64,000 nucleotides of DNA from contig CP145418.1 in the NCBI GenBank assembly GCA_036867785.1, forward strand, positions 124,001 through 188,000, given 5' to 3'. Shown piece by piece: positions 11,657 through 22,332 of the stretch; the first letter of the stretch is position 1; each line of letters opens with the position of its first letter. Source of the stretch: Plasmodiophora brassicae. Lineage: Eukaryota. The notes under the pieces are model-generated. The model worked only from the letters and a program-made list of their open reading frames with translations, searched no databases and was not told the origin of the DNA. A program made the position numbers and the translations under genes.

Positions 11657-14600
11657 TCACTTCTCGTGCATCCAGCTCTCGTCCTCGGCGTAGACGCGGT
11701 CCCAGACGTCCTATGACACACTTTGGTGAGCGGGCGACAACCGGGGGGTCGTGATACAGTGCAGCGGCGACTACCTTGTCGGACGCGATCGGGGACCCTT
11801 TGATCACCGACAGTCCCGTCCGGTTCATCAGCGCCTTCATGCGGAACCGATGATGCTTCGTACGTTTCTGCAGAGCCAGGCCGACTCAGTCGCCGACGTG
11901 CACGCGCGTTCGTCAGGTGCCATACCCAGAGGACGACCAGCGAGGCGACGGTGCACAGGAACAGGACGATGCTGACCGAGGCCAGTACGTAGACGGACGA
12001 GGGCGTCGAGGAAACAGGACCAGGCGGCATAGTGTGATGCGCGCTGGAACGTTCACGACTGGCCGATGGCGATGGCGTCGATGGCGACAGGGCCGATTTG
12101 GCCATGGCCACACCTTGCGCCAGGGCCATGCTTCCGACGACCACCTTGCCGATCTTCGGCAGGACGCCTACAACATGATAAGGAGGTTGGAGACGACGTA
12201 CCGGGCGGGCGTGGTACCTGGACGTTTGTGTGGAGAGTCTGGGGTCTTCTTGGCGGCCAGCTGCGCCCCCCAGGCCAGGCCGCCAGCCAGCGCGACAGCG
12301 GTCCCGCCAATCCCACCGCCCATCACCTGCCACCACATCAGATATGCGGCCGGCCCCAAACACACATTCCATGGCGACACGCACCCAGTTGGACTTCGCT
12401 TTCTGACGGGCGACCACCTTCTCCAGACGACCCGTCTCGTCTGTCTTATTGTTCAACTCGCCAGCCAGGCGCTCCAGGTCTTTCCGCATGTCGCCCAGGT
12501 TGGTCTCCGTCGCGGTCATCGCCCGATTGTGCCTATCCGCCTCGAGCTGTAACTGGGTCTTCGTGTCGGCCAGCTCCCGACCCAATCGGTTCTCCAAGTC
12601 CGCCTTTTCAGCTAGAAGCCCATCCATGGTCGCCTTGGAGTCGTTGATTGTTCTTTCAAGATGGCCGATTCGGTCCTGCCGCGCCTGAAGACTCTCCTTC
12701 AGGACACTGATCGTCTGATTCAATTCCCGAACGGCTTCGTGTGCCGACCGGGACTCATTCGCAGAGCTGGCGTTCAAGGTCTCAATCATCGTGTGTAGGT
12801 CGCTGATGGTCGCGTTCTTGCTGTGGAGCAGGCGGGTCATCTCCTGCTGGACGTCGACGGCTTTCTTCTTCTCGTTGTTGAGATCCTCGATTGTTCTTTC
12901 AAGCTGGCCAATTTGGTCCAGCCGCGCCTGAAGACTCTGGTCCAGGGCACTGATCGTCTGGTTCAGTTCCCGAACGGCATTCTGTGCCGACAGGGAGTCA
13001 TTCGCAGATTTGGCTTTCAAGGCCTCAATCGTCGTGTGTAGGTTGCTGATGGTCGCATTCTTGCTGTTCACCTCCTGCTCCAGGCCGACAGCTTTGCTCT
13101 TCTCCTTGTTGAGATTGCTGTTCGCCACGAGCAGCGCAGCGCGTTCTTTTAGAAGTTCCTCGTTCAGTTGCTGGAGCTGGCCGTTTACATTACGAACTTG
13201 TTCCTCCAACGCATGCTTCTTCCAGCGGTGATCGTCCAGAGAAGTCACGTACGCGTACATCGTTTCGTCATCGGCAGCCTTCGCTTTGCGCAACAGGTCA
13301 AGCTCGTGTTCCAGGCCAGTAGTCGTGTTCTGATTTTGCTTCGTCAGCTCGTCCAGACGAGCAATTTCGTCCTTCAGTTCGTCTCGTTCCTTTTCCAGTT
13401 CACAAATCGTGCTCCTTAACGTGCTAGCCGTGTTATCCAGCACGGCTATATCGCGGGTCGACTTGCTCAACATTTCCTTGCTCGACTCAAGCTCCTTCTT
13501 CATCGTTTCCAGTTCGCCTGCCGTGGCGTTCAACCGGAGGTCACCCTCCCTCATCAAGTGTGCCAAGTTGTCACGTTCAGCTTCGATTTCCGCGAGCTGT
13601 TCGGTTCGCGTCTGAACACGCGTTTCCGCCTTCTGCAGCGTCACCGACTTGAGCTCAACGTCGAACAACAGCTTCTTCATTGCCGCGTCCTGTCTCGCGG
13701 TCCGGTTTGCTTGCTCGTCTGCCTTGGTCGTCAACGTTTGCACTTCAGCGTTACGTTGTTCAATCAGCGCGTTGACGTCATTCAACTTGGCGGCAATTTC
13801 ATCGCATTGCACCTTGTGCTGAGTTGTCATGTTGTCGAGCTGGCCCCGGACCTCCAGCAGGTCGGCTAGTAGTGAACGGACGCGAGCTTCGTAGGACTCG
13901 ATGGACCGCCGGCGATGTGCCATGCTTAAGGTTTTCAGGAATACAGCCAACCGGAGACGGGCATTGCGCCCCCTGAGATCAGCGACATCAGTCTCTCGGG
14001 TCTCGCGCTCCGATGCCAGTGCCTGCATGGCATGGCGCAGGGCGTCGACGGCGCGTTCGATGGCCGCATTCGCGTCGATGCAAACGCCGACCGCACCACT
14101 CGCCGAGACAACCACACCAGAGCACGCGTCCAGCGCCTCAAGATCATACTGCAAGGCGTCATATCTCTGTGATCCATGGCTTTCGTTCCGCAAGCAGCAG
14201 CTGGTATTGGCAATCTTGGCAGCAAGGTCCGACTTCACAGTGTCCAGCTGGCGGAGCACCTGCTGGAACATCAGCGTGCGGTTGCCCGAACTTGGGCCGG
14301 AAGAACTGTTCCCAGGCAGGCCGTCGAGTTCCCGATTCAGGAGCTCGATCGACTCTTTGAGCACGACGCCGAGCATGTTCAAGGCCGTGCTCGTTTGCCG
14401 GGCGTGCTCGGGTAGGTCTTCCTCCTCCCACTCCTTCTCATCGGGCACGGTCGTTGGCACAGCATCCAGCGTATTGCCTTCGCCGTCCGCGGCCTCGTCA
14501 GCATTCTTCACAGCTTCACGCTTGCCACCCGCGCCGAGCGTACTTTTACCTGCGCCAGTTTCCGACATGGCCAGAGAGTGGCTTGGCTCGTGAACCATCG

Positions 14601-15022
14601 GGTCCGGCGCTGGATTCCTACCCTACAGCCACCGCACGGCTATCAGCTTGCCATACAAATTCGAGGCGAAGCGTGCAGTGCATACCGAATGCGAAGCGCC
14701 GGCGGCGTGCTGAATGGGTCCCGACTCCGCGTTCTCGTTCCTGTGGGGCGTCCCCCCGACAGCATTCCTCCCGGAACTGGTATAGCCGTGCTGCGATGCA
14801 GAGGGCTGTAATACGGAAATCATCAGTCGAATCGAATCAAGGGACCATTGGCAATCGACGGCGTACAGAATCGACTTGTTGCCGCCTGGTTCTTCCCTTA
14901 TTGCGACGCTACGTTGGACGGTCAGATCCGATCGGTGGCAAAACAGCGCTCCAGGGTACCCCGGCATCGGCAATCATGCCGACCATCAGAAAGCCAACGA
15001 CAACGAGCAGGACACGCGACAT
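11657..15022 (-). CDS. Large signal-peptide, long coiled-coil, C-terminally membrane-anchored protein (multi-exon)
   Basis: Signal peptide MSRVLLVVVGFLMVGMIADAG at 15022; heptad-rich exon of about 700 aa (12390-14600); TM SVYVLASVSIVLFLCTVASLVVLW; spliced end KRTKHHRF...DVWDRVYAEDESWMHEK*. Confidence 0.7.
12640..13070 (-). repeat. Intragenic duplication, 243 bp (81 aa) period
   Basis: SKNATISNLHTTIEALKAKSANDSLSAQNAVRELNQTISALDQSLQARLDQIGQLERTI versus SKNATISDLHTMIETLNASSANESRSAHEAVRELNQTISVLKESLQARQDRIGHLERTI. Confidence 0.9.
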
Positions 15023-15710
15023 CCTCAATCGGTTGCTCTGCAAACGTCCCCGCTGTGCCCGCGCAAACTCACAATGGCGAGGGTCGGCAACCAAACCCTG
15101 GTGGTCCACCAGTTCCCGTGCAGCCGCTGCGCTGGATTTAGACTTTAGCGCCGGCACCGACCTATTTTTAGGCCACGACTGCGTCCACCCCTCGAAGGGC
15201 TGAACCCATCATGCCCGCTCGATCCAGGCCTCCACTGCCCATCGGCACAGCGGCATCCTGACACTACATTCGACGCAACACGTACACCGTCCCTTTCCCC
15301 ATTAGCAACCGCCCCGTATACCATCGTCGATACGTCGCCTGGTATGACACCAGCAGCAGAACAAACGGTCATCGTGTTTGTCCGATGCGCGCGCGACAGG
15401 GTCTACGTAGACGTCAGCGCCCCAGATGGAAACACGGGTCAATGTTTGGATTCAGGGGGGGACACTCGCAACCTCACTCTGGCGCGGCCTACCGTACCGA
15501 GCCGCCAGCCGTGCCGCAGTCCCGGGGGTCCGGACTGCGCGTCCGCACTCTGGCGGCCCGTTATTCCCGACGCCAACCACCAGCCTTGTGCAGCCACGTT
15601 CCGCCCCATCATGGTAGTCGCGCCTGTCGCCAGTGTGACGCACGACGCGCGCTGACCGTTTGTGATGGGTGAAGCAGGGCCCTCCGCTGGGCGACACGCC
15701 GACGCCAACG

Positions 15711-16145
15711 ATGTCTGGCTTCCGAGCGGTACAGCCGCAGTTATCGGTATCCGATCCGGGCCGCCGCCACCGTGACGACAGCGAGCGCCGCAAGCTGCGC
15801 ACCGAGCACTGGGTGCCCTACGACAACACGCACCTGGCCGCCACGGCTGGGTACGCTCACGAACCTGACGAGTTCGACCTAGTACCGCCGGTGACGACCG
15901 GCCACCACGAGCCGATGTCGTTCACCATGCCGCCGCCCGCGTTCCTGACCACGCCGATCGACGACGACGACTGCGAGGAAGTCGTCATCGAGACGAGGAC
16001 CACGTGCAGCAGGCTCCTGCGCGATGTCATCAGCGCCGAGAAGGCCGCCAGGGAGCGCCAGCGCCGGCAACGCGACGTCATCGTCGTCAGCGATACGGTC
16101 GAGTCCGACGCCACCGACGATGACGTCGTACTGGACGCGTCATAA
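15711..16145 (+). CDS. Hypothetical acidic protein
   Basis: GC3-rich open frame MSGFRAVQPQ...DVIVVSDTVESDATDDDVVLDAS; no family recognised; start uncertain. Confidence 0.45.
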   Translation: MSGFRAVQPQLSVSDPGRRHRDDSERRKLRTEHWVPYDNTHLAATAGYAHEPDEFDLVPPVTTGHHEPMSFTMPPPAFLTTPIDDDDCEEVVIETRTTCSRLLRDVISAEKAARERQRRQRDVIVVSDTVESDATDDDVVLDAS

Positions 16146-16210
16146 CCGTCCAGTACGCCGCTCCCGTCGTATTCTATACAGCGCTTCGGCTGCCGGGCAA
16201 ACCCGCCAGT

Positions 16211-17741
16211 TTACTTGCTGAACCGGGACAGGACGTTGACGAGGCGGGCGTGGACTTCGCCTGCGCTGGTGCTCATCGGATGTCGTCGCCCGGGTCGGAA
16301 CATGGCCGTCCGGAAGGCACTGTCGAGGGCGCGCCCGTTGTTGATCAGGGCCCAGACCAGGGTGAACCCGGTGGGCGTGAACACATAATCCAAGGAGATG
16401 CCCATGACGGCCGTGCCGGCGCAGTACATGAGCATGGACAGCGACATGCCCAGGGCGCACCAGCTCAGCCGTCTGAGCAGGTGATCCACGGACGCGTCGT
16501 GGCCAGCAGCACCGCCGACGCTCGATTGGATCGTGTGCGCCGTCCGATAGTACTGGGTCAGGCCCAACAGGACGTGCGACCCGACGACGAATTGCAGGAG
16601 GAACATGGTCGTCGAGGCGCCGATCATGAGCATTGGCGGGTAATAGTACAAGGCGAAGCAGACCGACATGGACGTGTCCAGGATGATGGGGACCAGGCAG
16701 AGCAGCACGCTGATGGAGCGGTACTCGCCACAGATGATGCGGGAGATGACGGACGGCTGCCTACCAGGGAGGATATCGTGGAACTTGTTGAACCAGACCG
16801 ATGCGGAGGCTAGTGACGCCACGAAGCTCCACCCGCCGAACAGCGTCGTGAAGTACCCGAGCAAGGGCGCCGAGACGTTGGGCGTGCTCTGGTACCCGCC
16901 AACAAGCAGAATGACGCCCGGCAGCAGCGACGAAAACATTTCAACGGCAAGAATGGCGTGCGCCAACCTGAGGCGCGCTCTGATGAACGCCAACCAGTAA
17001 CGCAACGTCCGTCGACGACCTGGCTCGGCGTAGAAGTCCTCATTAATGATGGCGACGTGCCAAACGAGGAATATGACGGCAAACACGCCAGATGCGATCA
17101 AGCAGGCGCCGGGAACCGCCCGTACGAAGACCTGGTACTGCCACGAGGCGAACGCCGGGCCAAACACGTTCTCGTCCGGGAAGGCGGTCACGTTGACGGG
17201 CGCTGTTCCAGAGGCGAGCGCACCGTACAGATCCGTGCTGGGTTCGATCTGCAAACAGAGCATTGGCAGGTGCCTTGTCCGGGCACCTTTGGTACCGTCA
17301 TGCCAGTAGATGCTATTGCTCGGCGTCTGGCCAAAGATGGGCACTGCATCGAGCATTAGCCAGATGCCGCAGGGCTAGCAGTGATAAGGACTCACACATC
17401 AGCACAAGGGCGCCGCTAGAGTACATGTTCAAGTAGCCGGTTTCAGGAGAGCATGACATGGCTGACACGGCGTCAGTAGATGCTAACACGAGACGGCGGG
17501 CAACAAGGTCCTTCGGAATGGTGGCCCGGTTGCAAAGGTCGACGTTGGACAAGACCACCATCTCGCCCGTGATGTGCACAAAGCGGTCCTCCGGCTGCGG
17601 GCCAACAAACGAGGTCAGCGTGGCGGCGTACAACGTGGCACCGTCGATCAGCGGATTGGACGCCGACCAGAAGGTGACGGACGCAGACGCGACGTCCGTG
17701 CGCAGCGCCAGGAACGCCACGGCGGCGACGACCCATTCCAT
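16211..17741 (-). CDS. 7TM GPCR-like receptor with signal peptide and extracellular PA-like domain (1 intron near 17350-17405)
   Basis: MEWVVAAVAFLALRTDVASA; ITGEMVVLSNVDLCN...RRLVLA (PA-like); about seven hydrophobic helices in ORF 16211-17356. Confidence 0.75.
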
Positions 17742-17854
17742 CGCCCGGGCAGGTGGTGCGCTCTAAGGTACCACCTTATGCGTCGACGGACGAAGTGTAC
17801 CTGCTGCTCTCCCGATCGACCCCCTCATGTGCGGGTACGTGACCCACATAGACA

Positions 17855-18042
17855 GCAGAGACCTGCATCGCAACGGGCACTGCGGGACTGCAGCGGCGAC
17901 GTAGCAGAGCTGCATTTCAATGGGCACTGTTGGGATGCAGCGGCGGCGTAACAGAGCTGCAGAGCAATGGGCACTGTTGGGCTGCAGCGGCGACGTAGTA
18001 GAGCCAGAGCTGCATCGCATCGGGCACTGAGGGACTGCAGCG
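17855..18042. repeat. Minisatellite, about 47 bp unit x about 4
   Basis: Recurring CAGAGCTGCA....AATGGGCACTG.TGGG.TGCAGCGGCG.CGTA in the divergent intergenic region. Confidence 0.85.
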
Positions 18043-18104
18043 CAGCGGCGCAGTTGGCGGCGGACCCCCCTCCCCCCTCCCCCGCCCGTTGCGGCCCGCT
18101 CGCG

Positions 18105-20489
18105 ATGTCGAGGCGATCATCCCTGGCGGCCCGTGCCATTGGTTGCTGCGGTCGCCGGCCCAGGCGGTCCCTGCATACGCCGGCACCGGTCGTCACGCAT
18201 CCGGTGGCGCCGCCTCGGAAGCTGTTCGAGGCGTTCCTGGTGCGGCCGACCGCGTGCCTGGCGGTCCTGTCGCTACGCCAGGAGGACGACCCGAACCGCG
18301 GATGGGCCATCTTCGAGCGCATGGTCGAGTCCGGCATCGATATCGACGAGAAATTCTTCCAGACGATGATGACGTTCTGCAAGCAGCGCCTGCCGACGAA
18401 GGCACCGCAGGTCCTCAGCGCCGCCCTTGATCGGCGCATTCCCATCAACGCGACCCTGTTCTCGAAATTCCTCTGGGCGTGCCGCAAGGCGGCGCCACCG
18501 ATGCTGTGGCAAGCTCTCGATATGTACTCGAAATGCGGTGTGCGGTCGCCCGACATCATCTTCCAGCTTGCCAACATCTGCCGGATGTCGCGCTGCCCCA
18601 CAACGGCCCTGTTCCTCGTCCAGGACGCGATCGAAAACAACGTCGACATCGACCTGAAGCTAATGTCCCTGTTCGCCGCGTGCTGTGCCGAATCCCTGTG
18701 CACCCGGGCGGCTGACACTGCCGAGCGGCTGCTCGACCTCGTCCGATCGAAGCGCATCGGCCCGTACCATAACCACGAGCTCTACTGCAACTTGCTCAAG
18801 GCGCTTGTGGCGCAGGACCGGTTCGACGCCGCCGTGAACGCGCTCGACCTGCTGGATTCGATCGGGTTTCCTCCTGCCATGCAGGCGTTCACGCTCGTCC
18901 TGTCGGCGCTGGCCAAGAGCGGCAACGTCCAGCAAGCGTTGACGGTCTTCCGCACGATGGTCGATCGAGGCATTCGAGTGGACACGCCCGCGCTGGCCTG
19001 TCTCGTTGCTGCGTGTGGTCGCGCTGCTCAACTGGACGCCGTCCAGGAGATCCATGAATACGTCCGGGACAACGAGCTCGTGCTGAACGACCTGGTCGTC
19101 AGCGCGTTGATATCGGCGTATGCCAACTGTGGCGATCTGGAGGCGGCGGCAGGCGCCTTCGCTGAGCGGTGTACGACGTCGGACCCGCACGGCGACGTGT
19201 TCAACTCGATGATATCGGCCTACTGCAAGCATGGGAAGGTGGCGGAGGCGCGCTCCGTGTTCGACCGGCTCCCGGCGCCAACGATCGAGTCGTGCAATGC
19301 CGTCGTATCGGCCCTTGTCAAGGACGATCGCGTGTCTGAAGCGATGCCCTACTTTCGCGTCATGACCGGGCTGAGTGCGAAACCCGATGTGCCTTGGTTC
19401 GTTCGCCTCATCAACGCCTGCGACCGTTGCTTCGAAGCGTCGTCCGCAACGGTCCTGTACGGATTCGCGAAATCCAGCGGCATGGTAGGCAGCGACAAGG
19501 TCGCCAGCGCGTTCATTGCAGCGTACGCTGCCTGCTGTCACGTCGACCGGGCGTACGATGTGTTTGCGGATCGGTGCGCCCATTCGGTCCCGGGCGTCCC
19601 CGTTTTCGACTCGATGATTGCCGGGTTCGCCCAGCACGGCATGCTCGACGAGGCGCTGGACGCGTTCAATCGCCTCAAGGAGTCGAGGGTGCGCCCGACC
19701 CAGACGACCTTGGTCGGCCTGCTGACCGCCTGCAGCAACGCTGGGGCCGACATGGATCATGTCGAGGCGCTCGTCTCGGAATTCGCATCGACCTGGCGCA
19801 TCAACGTGAACCACAACGGCCACCTGGTCGAGTTGCAAGCTAGGGCCGGCGATCTGGACGCAGCGGAAGCGTTAGCGAGGTCGGGCGACCCGAGCCTGGC
19901 GTCCTGGATGAGCGTGTTGCGCGGGTGCTGGAAGCATGGGGACGAGAAGCGTGCGGGACGCTGCCTGAAACGCGTGCTGGCCCTTCCCGATGACGGTGCC
20001 GCGCGCGGGCACATGTCAGCGCTGACGATGATGCTGGAGGTCGTTCCGGATACGAGGACGTCGATGCGGAAGCAGATCGAGCGGAAGATGGCCGACCTGG
20101 GGCAGGGCGAGCGCCGCGTTGTCCTCCAGTTGCCGGATCGGTCGTTGCGGGTGTCATCTGCCGACGAACGGTTCTGCAACGACCCGGTGGTCCTAGAACA
20201 GCACCTGGGCCTGCTCGGCCGTCTGCAGGGCCGGGGCCACTCGCCTGACTCGAAGACCGAACGCGACCTGTCCCGGATTGAAGTCGTCGCGCTGGCGCAC
20301 GCCCTGGCGACGTTGCAGGCCGAACGCGAAACGCCTGTTCGCCTGTCGCTGGACACGAGGATACGCCGAGATACCCACGCCGTGTTCAACCTGGCATCGC
20401 AGGCCTACCAACGGTCCATCTACGTTCGCGATCCAGGCCGCATCCATCGCTTCCATCAAGGGCAGTGCGCGTGCGACGACTACTGGTGA
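18105..20489 (+). CDS. Pentatricopeptide repeat protein with degenerate C-terminal DYW domain, probably mitochondrial (794 aa)
   Basis: Arg/Ser-rich leader MSRRSSLAARAIGCCGRRPRRSLH. PPR motifs VVSALISAYANCGDLEAA, VFNSMISAYCKHGKVAEARSVFD, FDSMIAGFAQHGMLDEAL, TLVGLLTACSNAG. Ends IYVRDPGRIHRFHQGQCACDDYW*. Intronless. Confidence 0.93.
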   Translation: MSRRSSLAARAIGCCGRRPRRSLHTPAPVVTHPVAPPRKLFEAFLVRPTACLAVLSLRQEDDPNRGWAIFERMVESGIDIDEKFFQTMMTFCKQRLPTKAPQVLSAALDRRIPINATLFSKFLWACRKAAPPMLWQALDMYSKCGVRSPDIIFQLANICRMSRCPTTALFLVQDAIENNVDIDLKLMSLFAACCAESLCTRAADTAERLLDLVRSKRIGPYHNHELYCNLLKALVAQDRFDAAVNALDLLDSIGFPPAMQAFTLVLSALAKSGNVQQALTVFRTMVDRGIRVDTPALACLVAACGRAAQLDAVQEIHEYVRDNELVLNDLVVSALISAYANCGDLEAAAGAFAERCTTSDPHGDVFNSMISAYCKHGKVAEARSVFDRLPAPTIESCNAVVSALVKDDRVSEAMPYFRVMTGLSAKPDVPWFVRLINACDRCFEASSATVLYGFAKSSGMVGSDKVASAFIAAYAACCHVDRAYDVFADRCAHSVPGVPVFDSMIAGFAQHGMLDEALDAFNRLKESRVRPTQTTLVGLLTACSNAGADMDHVEALVSEFASTWRINVNHNGHLVELQARAGDLDAAEALARSGDPSLASWMSVLRGCWKHGDEKRAGRCLKRVLALPDDGAARGHMSALTMMLEVVPDTRTSMRKQIERKMADLGQGERRVVLQLPDRSLRVSSADERFCNDPVVLEQHLGLLGRLQGRGHSPDSKTERDLSRIEVVALAHALATLQAERETPVRLSLDTRIRRDTHAVFNLASQAYQRSIYVRDPGRIHRFHQGQCACDDYW

Positions 20490-20535
20490 GACGCTGGTAA
20501 ACAATCGCATAGCAACAGGTCGGACGGAGGCCAGG

Positions 20536-22193
20536 ATGATGGTGATGGGCCGGGCCCGACCGCTGTGGCCGTCGCGGTGGGCATTGCGCCACGGGGCCGC
20601 CGCCGCCGGTGTCGGCTTCGGGATGTCGTCGTTGCACGCGGAGCGCATCCCGCTGCTGTACGATGCGTTCGTGGAGCAGACGCTCGAGTGGCCCAGCTAC
20701 GCGTGCTGCTGGGGCCAGACGCAAGGCGCGTCGCATCGCCTGTACATGTCGAGGTCGACGTCGGCGGAGTCCACCGGGCGCCACTGGAAGGGACCTCCGA
20801 ACGCCATCGAAACCTACGACGTCGACCTGGGCGCCGCCGCCAAGGTCGCCGTTCGCAAGCGGATCGTGCATCCCGGGGAGGTGAACCGGATCAAGTCGGG
20901 CAATGCGATCGCGGCGGCTGTCCCTGGGTGGCGGGTGCTGACCCGTGTCGATGGTGGCAGGGTCTGCCGGCAGTTCCCCGATATCATTGCAACCCATTCC
21001 GACTGCCCGGACGTCTACGTCTGGAATGTCGAGACGCAGCGCGGGCGTGATCTGGAGGTTGACAGTCATCCGAATGAGCCGGATGTCATGTACGCGCGTT
21101 GTGTCGCGTGATTTCCCACATGCGACTAATCGCCAACGGTGCAGACTAAAGGGGCATACGAGCAACGCCACGTATGCGCTCGACTTTGCATATCGCGAAC
21201 CGCTGATCATCAGCGGAGGTACGTCATCGTCGGGCGCGGACCGTTCGTCGACGTTTACTGTCGGGTGCAGGCAGTGATAACGTCGTGTGCCTGTGGTCAC
21301 TTGAAGACGACGTCGCCACCGTCCCACGAGGCGGTGGCCGGAAGCCGCAGAGACTGCTGGAATGTCGAATGAAGTTCCAAGGGCACACGAAGAGCGTCGA
21401 GGACTGTGTGTTCAATCCCGACCACCAGGCCCTGCTCGCGTCGGTCGGCGATGACTGCGACGTGATGGTTTGGGACGCGCGCACGGGGACGAAACCGGTC
21501 GCCGTCGTCCGTCGACTGCATGCAACCGACATCAATGCTATCGACTGGAACCGGCTCGATGCCAACTTCCTCGTCACGGGTGCGAGTGACAAGTTGATCA
21601 AAATCGTCGACATGCGCCTGCTCAGCGATGACGATGTTCCCATTGGTCGCGCGCCCAAGGTACGTTTTCCTGTAGCTGGTTTGGTTCACTCTGTCCCTGT
21701 TTTAATGTCTTGCCTTGCAGGGTCCCTGTGTTCAATCCTTCGACATTCACGAAGGCCCCGTTACGAATGTTCAGTGGTCGGCGACGTCGCCGACCTACTT
21801 TGCGTCGTCTTCCGAAGATGGGCATATGTTCGTGTTTGACCGATTGAGGCATTCGGTCGGTCCGGTACCCTGAACGGCCGTCGTTCTTCCTACTGAGATT
21901 GGCGTAGTTCGATGATGGCTCCGGAGTTGCTCCCGAACTCGTCCTTCGCCATGAAGGCCATGGGTAACTGATGACGGTGAACGCTCCATCGCTGACGTAA
22001 TGACAGTCGACGCGACAGGAGTATGCCCGTTGTCAATTTCGACTGGAATTCCAGAGAACCTTGGCTTATGGCAAGCGTTTCCGACGACGCTGAAGGGCTG
22101 GGAGGTGGCACGCTTCAAGTATGGAAGATATCGGATCTCCTTACGGCTCCCGAAGGAGACGTACGGCAAATGCTGCAAGAAGTGTTGTCATAA
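20536..22193 (+). CDS. MSI4: WD40 histone-binding protein, RBBP4/MSI family, MSI4/FVE-like (multi-exon; start may be 20623)
   Basis: PLLYDAFVEQTLEWPSYACCWG, IVHPGEVNRIK, IIATHSDCPDVYVWNVETQ, GHTKSVEDCVF, ASVGDDC, WLMASVSDDAEGLGGGTLQVWKISDL; stop TAA 22191-22193. Confidence 0.88.
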
Positions 22194-22332
22194 ACGATCA
22201 AGTACGTCAGTGGATAGCGCCGGTTGCTGCTGGACCATAGCAGATACTAGGTTATGCAGTTGTATAGCTATTGCTTGCTGCACGTGAGGGATACAACGTT
22301 GTTTCGTTTTGATTAAAACCAATCGTCATGGG

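Noticed and set aside
17855-18042. Possible CRISPR array (also considered for 24461-24540)
   Set aside because: No unique spacers, no cas genes, eukaryotic context; these are plain tandem repeats.
17967-18104. N-terminal extension of the PPR ORF in the track
   Set aside because: That ATG lies inside the minisatellite; ATG 18105 gives a plausible targeting peptide.
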